Assembly: GCF_000497125.1 (NCBI RefSeq) | Contig: NC_090600.1 | Location: 558,001-622,000, forward strand | Source: Spironucleus salmonicida | Lineage: Eukaryota | DNA: 64,000 nt | Direction of reading: 5' to 3' | Translations under genes and position numbers: made by a program | Notes under the pieces: generated by a model | Told to the model about the DNA's origin: nothing | The model's input: the letters and a program-made list of their open reading frames with translations, nothing else | Databases searched by the model: none | Shown here: piece after piece, positions 40,336 through 53,623 of the stretch | Layout of the letters: every line of letters begins with the position of its first letter | Numbering within the stretch: position 1 is the first letter of the stretch

Positions 40336-41064
40336 ATGATCTCCTGCCTATGTGCGATCCTTGCAAAGCTGAAATCGGAGACATAGTACCGGGTGCAGCC
40401 CGCCTACACGTTCGCCTCACAAAGTAACCCTATTTTTATGCTCCAGTTCACCGATGGTACTGCCTGTGGGCCGCTAACTGCCTAATTCGACATTGAATTA
40501 GAGTTTTCATGCGAAACGCTCGAACTCAGGCCGATGCTCAGGCATACTGATAGTAACACGTTCATGATCGGGGGAATGCCCATCCTCTCGGTCCTTACAC
40601 TCCCTGGACCTCCAGCGACTGCAACCTCCTCGATCGTAGCACCATAGCCCTTCACAACACGTTCACAGCTCCAAATTGTGATCGCCGACGCGGCTGGAAA
40701 TCCGCTGCCGCAATTCTGCTCTGTTGACGCGATCCAGCTACTGGCGCGCGTGATTGTCGTTCCTGTGAGCGCAGTCTTCGACACTATCTGCCTTGTGGAG
40801 ATCAGTTTCCAAACCTACAGTTTCAACGAGCACATAGATATGTCTGGGACCGTATTCGGGACGCCCATCGGCGCCGTGACACTCGCGTTCCAATTCGGTG
40901 GCCGAAGCCACGTAGCGATCGACTTGACTGTAGCGGTGACACTTATAGTCACTAGTGCTGCGATTTGCGTCTGGATCGGCGTGAAGAAGCTCACTGGCCG
41001 CCGGCAGGCGCCGCATGCGTGTTTAGGGGAGGAGAGTTGTGGTGTGGCTGTGGGTGGAGTATGA
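40336..41064 (+). CDS. Type I membrane protein, 242 aa
   Basis: MISCLCAILA... in frame with track ORF 40678..41064. C-terminal TM followed by KK. Confidence 0.75.
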
Positions 41065-41761
41065 GTTGCTTGGGAAGAGGAAGTGCAGAGGTGCATACCA
41101 AAACAAGCTACTGGGTAGGTGGATTTGGGCATAAAAAATGTGAATAAGGAGATTAGATGTTATATGCGTTTGGTTGTATAAACGCGCAGTTTTAATAACA
41201 TAATCGAGCTTTAAAATCAAAAAGCAGGGTTTAAGAATTTATCAGTTTCTGGTAGTATGGAAAATTAAGCAGATAGTTGTCTAGTTAATTTTATTTGAAA
41301 ATCTCAGTTAAAAATAGTAGGTAATGATAGTATTTAAAATTAGCAAAATTTAGTGATTTATTACGCTCAAAATCCTATTCAGTGAATTAGAATAATATAT
41401 CCAGGATGAATTTATGGAATGTTTTCAACGAAGTATAGTGTTAAATTTTTGCTGTCAGGAAGTTACTTACTCAAAATTGCTGATGAATTATTTAATCAAG
41501 GATGTATGGGGAATTATAGGGGTAGTCTTACTCCTTAGAGTAAGTAATAATATTTCAAGGTATTAAATAGTTTTATAAAATCGGTAAAATTTCTTAAAGT
41601 AATAAGTTTTTCTACGTTTCTGTAGAAATAAGACAGTACAAAATATATCAAATTATAATTCGCAATTTGGTAGAATTAATAATAAAAGAATTATTATTTT
41701 GTTACCTGTAGTTTAGTAAATCATATTATATAAGTAATTCAAATAATATTCATTATTATCC

Positions 41762-42953
41762 GTCTTTAAATGAATAAGTGGCTCTCGTTCTTTGTGCGGG
41801 CCGTGGCGGGGTACGTGCTGACGCTGCTGAACTTCCCCATCTCCGCTGCCGTGTTCTACATCATATTTGCGATATGCAACTACAACGCTAAGCAGTTCCA
41901 GGAGATCCAGGACGTGGCCATCATCACCCTGGGCATCACCAATTTTTACTTCCACATCGTGGCGGCGCAGAAGATGAAGTGGCTCAAGTCCGTCAACTAC
42001 TTCCTGAAGTACCTCATCCTGACCGTGATCACGGCCTCGCTCACCGTGGTGATCTTCTACGTGGACTCCACGATCATGATCCGCTGGCTGCACCAGAAGA
42101 TGCTCATGCTCACCCTCAAGGACCTCTACTTCGCGACCGTGGCCTTCGCCTCGCAGTACTTCATCTGGAACCTGCACTGGAGCCAGGACTTCCCTATCCA
42201 GCTCCTCGTCTGGTACCTCGCGGGTTGGCTGGTGTACTTCCTGGCCAGTGTGCTGATCCCGATCCATCTGCTCGGCTGCATCCTCTACACGCTCGTCATG
42301 AAGCAGACCATCTTCCGCTTCGTCACGCTCGAGATCTGGACGCCGCGCTTCCGCATCGCCTGCTTCGCCGTGACCCTGTTCATCAACTTCATGGTCTGCT
42401 CGGAGATGGCTCGCTACTTCTACGTGCGCGACCCGGCGGGCTACCTGATGAACGTGATCTTCTACATGGGCCACCTGCACATCGGGCTCACCTATGTCAG
42501 TCTGAGCTTCACGCTGGAGATCCAGAAGTGGGTGCTCAAGAACCGCCTCATGATCGTGCCCTACATCTGCTTCTGCTACTTTTGGGGCATCCAGCTCGCC
42601 TTCCTCAACTTCTTCCTCTACCGCAAGGTCTTCGTCCCGTACTTCCTGCACAAGTTTATCGGGCCCAACGTCCTCCCCGTGGACAACCTCTACAACACCG
42701 TCCCCTCGGGCTACATCGCGCGGCTCTTCTTCTGCCTCATCTTCTCCGAGAAGCGGGAGGAGAAGCGCTGCCGCGTCGTCCGGACCAAGATAGCCAAGTT
42801 CCGCGAGAGCCGGCGCTGCAACAAGCAGATCCCGAACCGCTCCGACGACTCCATCGCGAACGACGTCGACGACGCGAAGTTCATCCAGGAGCAGGTCCAG
42901 GACGTCCTCGCCGTCCACCCCGACATGCTGCAGCAGTTTGACGGAACAGTGGA
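41762..42953. repeat. Inverted duplication, copy A (pairs with 59499..60690)
   Basis: About 1.19 kb. Four synonymous differences seen by eye. Confidence 0.95.
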
Positions 42954-43068
42954 TCTTATAAATTTCTAAAAATTCGGCGAACCTATAATTAAATACTCTA
43001 ATAGGAACGAGTATAATGTTGAGAAAATAAACGACCCAATATAATAAAAAGTTTTATACAAAGTATGA
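41770..43068 (+). CDS. Multipass membrane protein of unknown family, 432 aa, GC-rich copy A
   Basis: 399-aa track ORF read through TAA (Gln) to TGA at 43066-43068. Confidence 0.9.
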
Positions 43069-43081
43069 AAAATACAGTCAC

Positions 43082-44755
43082 TCACAATTCATCAATATCA
43101 TTTACTACTGGTATCTTTTTCGATTTTTTCGTATTAGGCTTAATATTTTAGCTAAAGAATATTACATAAATACCATAAATTAGTGATAAAGTAACAGAAA
43201 TCCCAATAATAATGAATCCATAAAAATAAATATCGTTATAGTTATCATTGTACTTCTATTAAATATTTAATATGTCAAAAATCGTCCCATCTTCTTAGAA
43301 AATATGGAAAAATATATTTTCTTGTTAACACATAGAAATATACATCAAGCAATCTGGTTCGCATTTTAAAATCATTGATTTAATATTGAAATCATAATAT
43401 TGTTGCGATTTCATTAAGGTTATTTAGGACTGATTTTTAAAATGTACTCTTAATTCTAATATAGCATTAAAACCTGGAATATTAGGGCAAGATGCTTTTT
43501 ACGGGTTAATTTCAAAATTAATTTAAAATTAATCATACATAACGAGTTGTATATTACCTATGCAAGAAATAATAACACGTGTAGATGGTTACGTTATTAA
43601 ATGAACTACTTTATTACTACTCATAAGATATATTTCTTACGTAATATACATTTCAGATAATGGAGTATCAAAAAGTACTTTTAAACTTTATAAACATAAA
43701 GAATTATCAATTTAACTAATCTAACAGCTATAAAGAGTTTAAATTCTATGAAAGAATTAGAAATTTTCAATTTCGTATTCAAATGTTAAGATTTAATCTT
43801 AGTGTTATCCTCCTCTTGGATAAATCAGTAACCTAGCTTATACTTTATCTATTTTTTCATCTACTAGCTGTTAATTAAATTAGTCTAAATCGGTTTGTTC
43901 TAATATTGAGGATAAGCTGACCTCTACAACACTAAATAAAAATTTAACTGTAATATTTTAATATGCTGAATACCATTTCTCAACAAATAAATAAAATGAA
44001 GTATCATATACTGGTGTAATTATATCTTACAATGAATAACTGTATCTAACTTAAGCAGATAAAAATATATTGTCATAAATTGTCTTAAATATATTATCAG
44101 CTTAGAAACATAATTAATGAAGATTAATGCCATCTGAACTTATTCTTTCAAATTTAAATGGTTAGTTTTTAGTCTTAAAAACCATAGTTTTATTGTTTTA
44201 GAACTAGACAGTTAAAATTGCGCTTTCAATATTCTCTTTTTCATCAACTTATTAACAAAATCCAGTGTTAACTGATTAAAAACAAACATAATTAGTATCA
44301 AATCGAACTAAACTAGACATTTTAGTTTAAAGTTTATCAGAATGACTGTAACAGGCGGAATAATTTGTATTCTCTCGAATTATAAGCCCGATAGGAATTA
44401 AGGAAAATTGATGCATATTTTAGATTGTCATATAAGCCAATGTTGTAAGTTCTATCTTTTGACAGGCATTTATGTCAAGAGTGGAATTGCAGAAAAAGCA
44501 GACCTATTTAGTGAGGTTAGAGTCGAAATTATTTAGCGTCTCATTAAGTTAATACGACAGAGTGTCAGATCTAAACTAAAATTGCACTCCTTTCTCGAAA
44601 TTACAGTCAGATGGAGCATATGTCATTCTAGATAAAAATACACAAAATTTTCTTTATTTCTACGAAATTTCAAGACTAGTTCTCTGATCATAGCAGTTAA
44701 AAATTTATGACTTCGAATTTATAGGCATAGATAAAATTGATAATACTGAAAGCAT
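43082..44755 (-). CDS. Type I membrane/surface protein with Cys-containing ectodomain, about 557 aa
   Basis: MLSVLSILSM...IFNCYD... and C-terminal TM FYGFIIIGISVTLSLIYGIYVIFF. Both ends and sampled middle share a frame. Confidence 0.75.
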
Positions 44756-45031
44756 TTTACTGCAAATATAATCCTGTTTATAGATATATAAAGATATAGT
44801 AACTTAATTAATTTTGCATTAAAAACTTAAAATATTTATTGATTTTATATATTTATATGAATATGTACATTTCAGGACAAATCTAATCATTATAGTATAG
44901 TTAAACAATATATTATAAGTTTTGGAAATCAATCAAATCACTATAATGTTGCATAATTTTAATATGGAATTTCCGTATAACCGGTTATGCAAGTTATTCC
45001 ATACGAGAAACCAAAAGGAATGAGAATAAGT

Positions 45032-45586
45032 TCACATAATTTTTACCATCTCCAAGACGTCAATTTCTGATACTCCTCTTCCAGTCTTTCTCCAATCCTC
45101 ACATATACTAATTAAAACATCGCTTTCCCCATCAAAAAGAGTCCAATTTTCTACCTATCCAAAACATTTTTTTAGCTTGTTACGATATTTTTAAAGATGT
45201 GAAGAAATGGATGCAATTGGCATTTCTGGAATAAATTTTTAAATCTATAATGGTTTAACTTGTGAAATACCTAATGAATGTACAATGACTTTAAAAATAA
45301 ATTCTGAATGCGAATCCCATGTGATATGATTTTTGTGGTCTCTTAGAGGTATTACTGGTTGAAGATCTGCTAACTAATAGAAATGATCCAACTCAACTTT
45401 AGCGAATAAAACAGTTTCTTCTGAGTGATGTAAAAGATCATCAACAGTAACATACAATTTGTTATCTATTATTGAAAAATTTGGATGAAATGGTATAAGA
45501 GACTCTTCATCTTCATGTAATGTATCACAAGATGCAATATCTATTCCTGCTAAGTCGCAAAATGATAATTCATCATACTCAGACAT
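45032..45586 (-). CDS. GARP/SHAQKYF-class Myb-like transcription factor, 184 aa
   Basis: ITWDSHSEFIFKVIVHSLGISQVKPLQI...ISSHLQKYR. Acidic N-terminus. Confidence 0.88.
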
Positions 45587-45733
45587 TTAACAAAGTGAGT
45601 AAATTTATAATAAGAAGTATTATATATTATTAAAAAAAATTAGCTGTAAAAGAAAGTTTTCACTCGCAGATATATTATTACCAGGTTCTTTGGTGTAATA
45701 TTTTTTGATTATATACTGTACTGTAAAATTGTC

Positions 45734-46438
45734 ATGGAAACTGTCATAAAGTTATGCGGATTTTTATTAAACACAATTAGTATCTATTAGGAAGGATTTA
45801 CAAATATCGTTCTTAGCAACATCGTACAGAAATAGCACTATACAGAGTATGTTAAAATCAATATTAAATTATAACGGATCGAGTTAACATTACTATTATT
45901 TTCTTAACAAGTAAATTGTAAATAATTATTCCACAATTTTATAAAAATATTATATTAATTAAATTATTATTATTAATTTAGATAAGCAAAATAGTATTTA
46001 TTATATATAAATAAATAGTTTCAATAAATAAATCGAATGTCGATGATAACTGAGTAAGCTATTTTCATTGAAGGATAGTCATGTCTCGAATCAGCGACAA
46101 TTACATTAGGAGATGCAGTATTTATCAATCATGAATAAGTTACAGATTATAATATAGTCGAATATGGATAATTAAATTATTTACACGTTTGTAGTAAGAA
46201 AATAATTATTGGAGAATATTATACTATCTCTATTCACAATCATTTAGTTGATATTGTTGAATAGCCTGTAAATTAAGATTAAAAAATTATTATTATTTCA
46301 TGCATAGTTTTATTTTCACTATTAGCTATTATTGGCATTATAATTGTAGTATAATTTATTAAATATAAAAAGCTTTAATCAAAAGGATTAAAAGACTCCA
46401 ATGATCAAGGTCTTCTTGACAGCTAAAACCTGCAATGA
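45734..46438 (+). CDS. Single-TM hypothetical protein (start uncertain; alternative 46037)
   Basis: Open frame with TM IIIISCIVLFSLLAIIGIIIVV followed by KYKK. Confidence 0.5.
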
Positions 46439-46506
46439 AATTTATTTTCTAATATACATTATTATATAAATTAATAAATATTAAGTTCCATTTGAATTCC
46501 GCAAAA

Positions 46507-46704
46507 ATGACTGATTATATTACTGGTAAACAGTACGATGACATAGAAATCTAAGAATACATATCTTCACAAAATATTAACAAATATCTTATTGAAGGTT
46601 GCATTGAGCTAGCTAAAGCTCGTCCTGAAAAGCCTTTACTATGGTTAGGATAGTGGATGGTTAAAAATAATAAGAGAAAGCCATAAGTTACATTTAACGA
46701 GTGA
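46507..46704 (+). CDS. Dpy-30 motif protein, 65 aa
   Basis: YLIEGCIELAKARPEKPLLWLGQWMVKNN. Ends GAG-TGA. Confidence 0.8.
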
Positions 46705-46843
46705 AGTTTATTAATTGCACGTTTTAATTCGTATTTAACGCAGTTACCGATTTAATAAGTATAATATCCCTGAATAACTAATTTACTATAATGATATAAT
46801 AATCCACTAACGAAGAAAAACTTACCACTTCATATATTTAAAG

Positions 46844-48979
46844 ATGGCACCAAAATAGCGAACGCCACCAGAAGACACTCAGACTACAGATCAATCTGTT
46901 GATAAAGTCACATAAGAAGCATTATCTTAAATACCTAAAAAGATCTCTTTGCACTCCTAATTACCAAATTTCAAAGATGTTTCAAAGTAATAGCAGACTG
47001 TTCTATTTATATCAAAACTGCGACAGTGCAACAAGCTTGTACGTGTGGATGACGCGGAACTAAGAAAACTTAAGCACCTAGTTTTATATCAGCTGTTAGA
47101 TTTTGTAAATGCTCAGAATAATAATTTTCCACTAGAGTCTATTCCTGACTTTTTCAACACCGTTTCTATTAATATATTCCGTTAAGCACCTAAGCCTTAG
47201 GCCGAAGATGAAGACGTTTATGACCCAGAGGAAGACGAGCCAACAGTTGATTAACATTGGTACCATTTACAATTTGTATACGAAATGCTACTGCGTTTCG
47301 TCTATTCTTCGTAAAACTAATAACCTGAATACCAGAAACTAGTTAAAAAGCACATTGACGGCGATTTTGTCATCAGACTAATGCAGCTTTTCAATTAGTC
47401 GGACCCTAGAGAGCGCGATTATATCAAAACAATTTTACACAGAGTTTACGCCAATTTCATGGGCCTTAGGGCTTATATTCGCTCAGCACTCAAATCAGAA
47501 CTCCAGCAGTTCATTTGCGGCGCGCAGCAGCATTCTGGAATTTGCGACATCCTAGAAATCCTCGGCTCCATCATAAACGGTTATGCCACGCCCCTAAAGC
47601 AAGAGCATACGCTCTTCTTGACGCAGTGCCTAATTCCGCTCCACAAAGTCCAATTTATCAAGCAAATCCTTCCACAATTATCTTATTGCGTTTCCAAGTA
47701 CATCGAAAAAGACAGTTCGATCTCTGCCTACATAATCCACCAAATTCTAGGCTATTTCCCGAGACTGAACTCGCTCAAAGAGGTCTCATTTTTGACTGAA
47801 ATCGAAGAGTTGCTAGAGCTAATTCCGTCGAAATAGCTCTATATCGACGCCGAGCCTAGAACGGTGCCGCTGCAAACAGCCGGAAACGAACTCTGGCTGT
47901 TCGCACAGCTTTTCGAAATCGTCGCTCAGTCGATCTGCTCGATGCATTTCCAGGTCGCTGAGAAGGCGATTAACATCCTCAGCAACTCGAAATTCATCTA
48001 GCATATTTAATTCGCGAATTAAGAATTCAATTCGAAATTCAATTTCCTCTCCACTTCGATCAAACCGGCACTCTCGAAAATCGGAGAGAACACGAGTCAT
48101 CAGGTTTCGCCGCAGGACTTGAAGTATTCGCCCATTTTCACGCTCGCGAAGGCGCTCCGAGCGAACTGCACGAGCCACTGGAACAGCAACATCAGAGCTC
48201 TCTCTGAGCAGGCGCTGAAGTAGGTCCTCGCGCTGCAGGAGCAGGAATTTCAGAATTTGGACCAGAAGATCGTCCAGGAAATCGTTTTACGCGAAGTGCA
48301 GCGCCAGACGCGCGATTCGACCTGGAATTAGATCGCGTAAATGGCCCACGGGCGCGTTAAGGGCTTTTCGGACTATTTCGAGGTCGTTGAGGAAATTGAA
48401 TAAAAGGGGCGCTTTTTGACTGCCCTGCAACTGAAATAAGGCTTCGTTCCGGGCTACGAATCGGAGCAGATCGGTGAGATCGCGATCTAGGCCGCCGAGG
48501 TGCCCGAGGACCCACTTTTCTGCAGAATTGAGGAGCTCTGCATCGGGCACGTGCAGCTGACACCAGAGCTGCTCACGGGCGTGATCGATGGCTTCTTCCT
48601 GAGCTACCAGGGCGTCGGGAAGGCGCTGAATCGGGCGCAGTACAAAATCGACGAAAACGAGACGCCAGCGGACTACCTGCTCAAAAAGGGTTTCAACCTG
48701 AACAACTAGGAGATGCAGGCGGACGTCTGTAAGCGCATTTATGAGCTCCTGCTGGAGAAGCAGATCGTGAAGTGCAACCGCGTCACCATTGCGGAGGGCG
48801 TGAAAACGATCCAGCAGCGGCTCCCCGGGAAGCGGCTCGCGAACCGGCGCGCCAGCGCGGGCATCCCCGTCGCGCTCGGCATCCGCAGGAAGTCTGTCAC
48901 GCCGATGAGCATGGCGCAGGCGCAGGCCGCCGCGGAGCTCAAGGGCTTCGAGAAGCACAACATCAACGAGAAGAAATGA
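46844..48979 (+). CDS. Protein phosphatase 2A regulatory subunit B' (B56), 711 aa
   Basis: DPEEDEP, WYHLQFVYE, DPRERDYIKTILHRVY, LEILGSIINGYATPLKQEH, HFQVAEKA, HWN, RRKS. Confidence 0.95.
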
Positions 48980-48990
48980 GGGTTCATTTT

Positions 48991-49070
48991 GAGAGATTTG
49001 AGTGATTCGAAACTGCTATTAGAACCACTTGCAGACGCATCCTGTACTACTCGGGTTGGTGGCGTCTCTC
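48991..49070. ncRNA. Candidate structured RNA element (two hairpins), class unknown
   Basis: GAGTGATTC/GAACCACTT and AGACGC/GCGTCT stems, flanked by GAGAGA/TCTCTC, in an intergenic gap. Confidence 0.3.
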
Positions 49071-49147
49071 CCTTCCTCTTTTAAATTTTACCCGAAAATT
49101 ATATTATCATTATTATACGCTATATTATAAAATCCTTTTAAATCAAA

Positions 49148-51181
49148 ATGCACTTCTCCAAATTGCTGAACTAGGCACCCCCGTGCGCTGCGGACCTGTA
49201 GGCGCAGAATCGCGCGCTGCGCTCCCAGCTGAAGCTCTCCGCGCTGCAGCCGCAGCTGGCGCTCGAGGCAGCTAAATACGCGTACACGACGCGGCTGCTG
49301 AGCCAGCGAAATCTGCGGCCTGTGGGCCCAAAACGCGCAGACGTCGGACCTGCTCTCTGCGCTTTGCAGGAGCTCCGGGGCGAGCTGGCGGCGCTGAAGG
49401 CGTTCGTTCTGGAGGCGCACGACGGCGCGAAGAAGACGCTCATTTTCGCGTTTTCGGGGCTCGTGCGGCGCGCGAATTCTGGCGTCATCGCGCAGGAGCG
49501 CCAGGAATGGGCCTTTGACGCGCAGTGCCGGGCGCAGTTCTTCGAGCGGCAGAACTCGGCGCTAACGAAGCAGCTGGAGGCGCAAAACGCGCAGATGCAA
49601 AAATTTCGAGAAACGTAACCTGACAGCACCCTGCTGCAAAATGTATAATCACTATAAACGTAGAATCAGCAGCTTTTGCAGAGTGAAAAAGTACTAAAGA
49701 GCCAAGTTGCAAATGTTTAATCAGAAATTGAGAAACTGATTTTTCTGCAGGCCGAATATGCTAATCGGTATGAAGAAAAAACCGTAGAAAACGAAGAGCT
49801 GCTAAACCGCACGAACGCTCTTGCGCGGCAGCTCGTAATTATGGAGCTGCGCGCGCGAAATTCCGCTAAAAATTGCAGTTTGTCCGGGTTAATTCCGGAT
49901 ATTGGGGCGCAAATTCAATCGAAATCTGAAGGTTATGCGCTGAAAATTGCTCACAATGAAGCTGAATTGCGTACCTTGTAGACGGAAAATAAGCAGCTCT
50001 CTGAAGCGAACGCCGAGCTGTAGGAAACAGTCAACAAAATTCGTCATAAATCGAAATTTCTCTCTGAAAAATTCACGCAAATCGAAATTTTCCCCTCAAA
50101 AGACCAAATCCGTCCTGCCGAATCAGCTTAAAAAACTACTCAAGAAGTTGTTATAAAGCAATTTGATGAGTGCGAAAATTCGTTATATCAGTAGCTTAAT
50201 ACTCAGTGCGAAAAAGAAGTGGAATTATTAGAATAGGAAAGGTTAAATGCAGCATAAGAACATTTGGCGATAACTGAAGAAAACGCGAAATTTGCACTAA
50301 AATAAACCAAATTAGAACTCGAAAAGTTGCAGTAATTGAGCTTATATCACGTGCAGCTTATCGAAAATTAAGGTCAAGAAATCGAAGGTTTAGTGGAATA
50401 AAATGGGCAAAATTAAGACGAACTGAGTCGAATTAAGCGCTAAAATGACGATTTTGAGGTGATATAATAAGATAGTAAAAAAATTATTTTGGACCTGAGC
50501 TAGAAAGTTGCTGAAGCGTAAGAAAGGAATAGGTAGCTGGCTGAGTAGAATAAAGATGTTGTTTCGTAATAATAAAAGTAATTAAAAGAAGCGTATGCTG
50601 TTAAGATTTTATGTAAAGAAAAGGACTAAAATGAGTAATAGTGCTTAAAGCGAGTAGGTTAATTAGAATATGCATTGGAAACGCTAGAAACACAGTTTTC
50701 TGAGTTAAATCATTAATTTTAGGAGCAAAATGGTAAACTTACTAGTGCTACGGACGAAATGCGCGTTTTAACGGCTGAAAAAGACATATTATCGAGTTAA
50801 AATAATGATGCTTCGCGGATTATCAAGTAATTAAAAATAGACAAATAAAGATAGGTTGAGGAGTGTAAATAAGCTCATAGTAATAAATTTTGTTAGTTTG
50901 CCTAGCAAGTGAATAGCTGTCTAGGATAGTTAGATTAATAGAGTTAGTTGAATGATAATTAATTAGAAAAATTAGAGTTTTAAATATCTACTCTAGACTA
51001 GTTTAATTATAAAATAGATTTTAATGGTATTCTTAGCGATATCAAGAGCGAAGTCGTTAATAATTCATTGTTATTACACTAGAAAGTGTAAACGCTAAGT
51101 TATCTGACTTCATAATATGAATAAAACGAAACTAAATAAGAAGAACTAATATAGATACTTTAAGAGTAAATAGGAATGTGA
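49148..51181 (+). CDS. Coiled-coil protein, about 677 aa
   Basis: MHFSKLLNQ... in frame with track ORF 49322 and with the TGA at 51179. Confidence 0.8.
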
Positions 51182-51282
51182 ACGAATACTTATATAATAT
51201 AGGATATCCCGATAATGTGTCAGTTTCTAGTAAAACTAATTTATATTATATTTTATAGAATACCATATTATAGTTGTTAATA

Positions 51283-51984
51283 ATGAAAAAAAAATAGAAC
51301 TCTATTTTGTTACAGAGTGTACGATCAGTAAAAAAAAACTTCTTCTCTGCCGCTAATTTAACTACTATAAAGTAATTAAACTTATCTAAACTTGATGATT
51401 TTACTATACCATAATTAGAAATGGTAAATTTGTGCTCATCAGACGACTAAAATGAATAATAACGGGAACGTAATATAGTTTCCGTATTTGATGTAAAGAT
51501 AAGTAAGAAACTAAAATTTAAACCAATTTAATAGCTTTGTGAAGTATTTACATAATATAGAGAAGTATCAACGTATAAGGAGATCTAACAGGTTATTTTT
51601 AATGACATTACTAATGTAAAAATTAACTTATAATAACTTTTACCTTTGATATCAAAGTAGTTCAGGATATTTAAGAAAGAATGTAAAGGTATAATATTAA
51701 AGGAAGATGTAAAATATTTTGATATAGTTCATTATTACACGCCTTAGAGCTAAATTTTTAAGACATAAGAACATGTTATAGAAGAAAAAGTAGCAGATTA
51801 TTTTAATAAATAAAGGATGAATATAGATATGATGTTTGGTATACAGTAAAATATGATGCGATACATTTATTTATTAAAATGGTAAAAAAATATACATGCA
51901 AAGGCAATTATCTATGTCAATGAACCGTTTCCTGTCAAAGAAATAATGAAGATGGCAGATGCTGCTTTTACAAAATCTAAATGA
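51283..51984 (+). CDS. Hypothetical protein, 233 aa
   Basis: Fully read open frame in code 6. Confidence 0.65.
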
Positions 51985-51988
51985 ATTA

Positions 51989-52414
51989 TCACTTCCCATT
52001 TCTTTTAATTTCTTCAATTTTCCATTCAAGCTATCTAATTCTTTGATCTAATTCCTTGAATTGTTTTTATCCATTATTATCTTTTCTCCTTTCTAATTCT
52101 TCGCTAACTTCTATTAATGCTCTCGCATTTACTTCTCCAATTTCTTTCATTCTAAATCGAAGATCTTAAATTTCAGATCTTAATAGATTAAAATTTGTGG
52201 TCTAGATAGTATTCTACTGGGCTATTGATTAGGGCTTTTACTATAACTTCAGCTCAGTATTATTAATCCGCTCTGCGATTCCATCGAAAATTTATGTTTT
52301 AAGCGAATCTGCAAATGCAATTGCTAGCTTAGAAACATATTATTCTAGCTATATCTTTATTTCATCTACAAATAGGTTGATATTATCTTATATTTACTCT
52401 ATTAAAATATCCAT
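51989..52414 (-). CDS. Small coiled-coil protein, 141 aa
   Basis: MDILIEQIQDNI...EEIKRNGK. Ends AAG-TGA. Confidence 0.7.
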
Positions 52415-52518
52415 TTTTTAAAAATTGATTATACTATTTTAATAATATAAAATTTATATTACATATTTATATATAATTTTTATACTATATAATAATTATA
52501 TTTTTGGGAAAAACTGTA

Positions 52519-52881
52519 ATGTCAGATAGCACAGTCTTTTCTTAAATGATATTCTTATGCATGTAAATTGGTTTATCTCCGGAGTCTATACAAAAATATA
52601 CTAGATTGTAATGGAGTAGAATCACCTAATTAATGTAAAGTTGTTAAAAGTAAAATATAATTAATAGGATGTTATAAAATGAAATTATTTTGTATTCAGG
52701 GCTATCAGATAAAGATTAAGCTATATTTCCTTCAGCATATAAAGATTATCTTTAGTAATTTATTAATTAAACTATAATAAGACTTGAATAATTATGCAAT
52801 GAATTAAAATAAAGAGAAATTTCACATTCCTTAGCTTATAGTCTCAGTTTGAAATCTCGACCAAAATTCAAAGTATAATGA
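52519..52881 (+). CDS. Hypothetical protein, 120 aa
   Basis: MSDSTVFSQMIF...RPKFKVQ. Confidence 0.45.
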
Positions 52882-53623
52882 AAATGTTTGCTTTATTATC
52901 ATATATAGTAAATTTGAATATTTTTTATTTAGTAATTTTAGAATTCGAACGGATTTAAAGTCATTTAAACATATTTAATATCAATTTTATTGACACTACA
53001 TATGGTATTATTGATAAATATTTAGAATAATGCCATGATTATACTGAATTTTATCAAAGATTCATGAAAACTATTAAGAGGGAAAATTGGTTTAGTTTTA
53101 ACTGAATTTTGAAATAGAATATTAAAGAGCTCATATTATGATTTAATTGGTCCAATAACTAAGTGTTAAGAGTTTTTTACATACAATATATTTCAGTTAA
53201 AAGTTGTTATTGTACGTTTATATTATTTAATTAATAAATATAGAATATTAATATCCATGATTTATTAGTCTTTTAAGAAATTTGCAAGTAATTGATTATT
53301 TATGCAATACTTATCTTTATACTTATACTAAAATTTACCTATACTTACTTAAATTTGTGATTTGCTAATAAAATCTATACATCTATAATGTTATTATTAT
53401 TAATTTATTACTTTTGTTTAATTTTGTCAAAATAAAGTTAGATATATTAGAGTATGTTCTTATTTTTATAAATTTGAATACAACAAATTTCATAAAGCAA
53501 AAGTATAATTATATAATTATCTATATAATAAATATAATATATCAGTCAAAATAAAAATAGATAATTATATATCTTTATAATATATAAATTCAATATATTT
53601 ATTCTTCCATTCCTCAATCCCAC

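Noticed and set aside
41713-42941. 401-aa antisense and 320-aa shifted-frame ORFs (mirrored at 59511-60697)
   Set aside because: Shadow ORFs caused by extreme GC3. The AT-rich paralog supports the MNKW frame.
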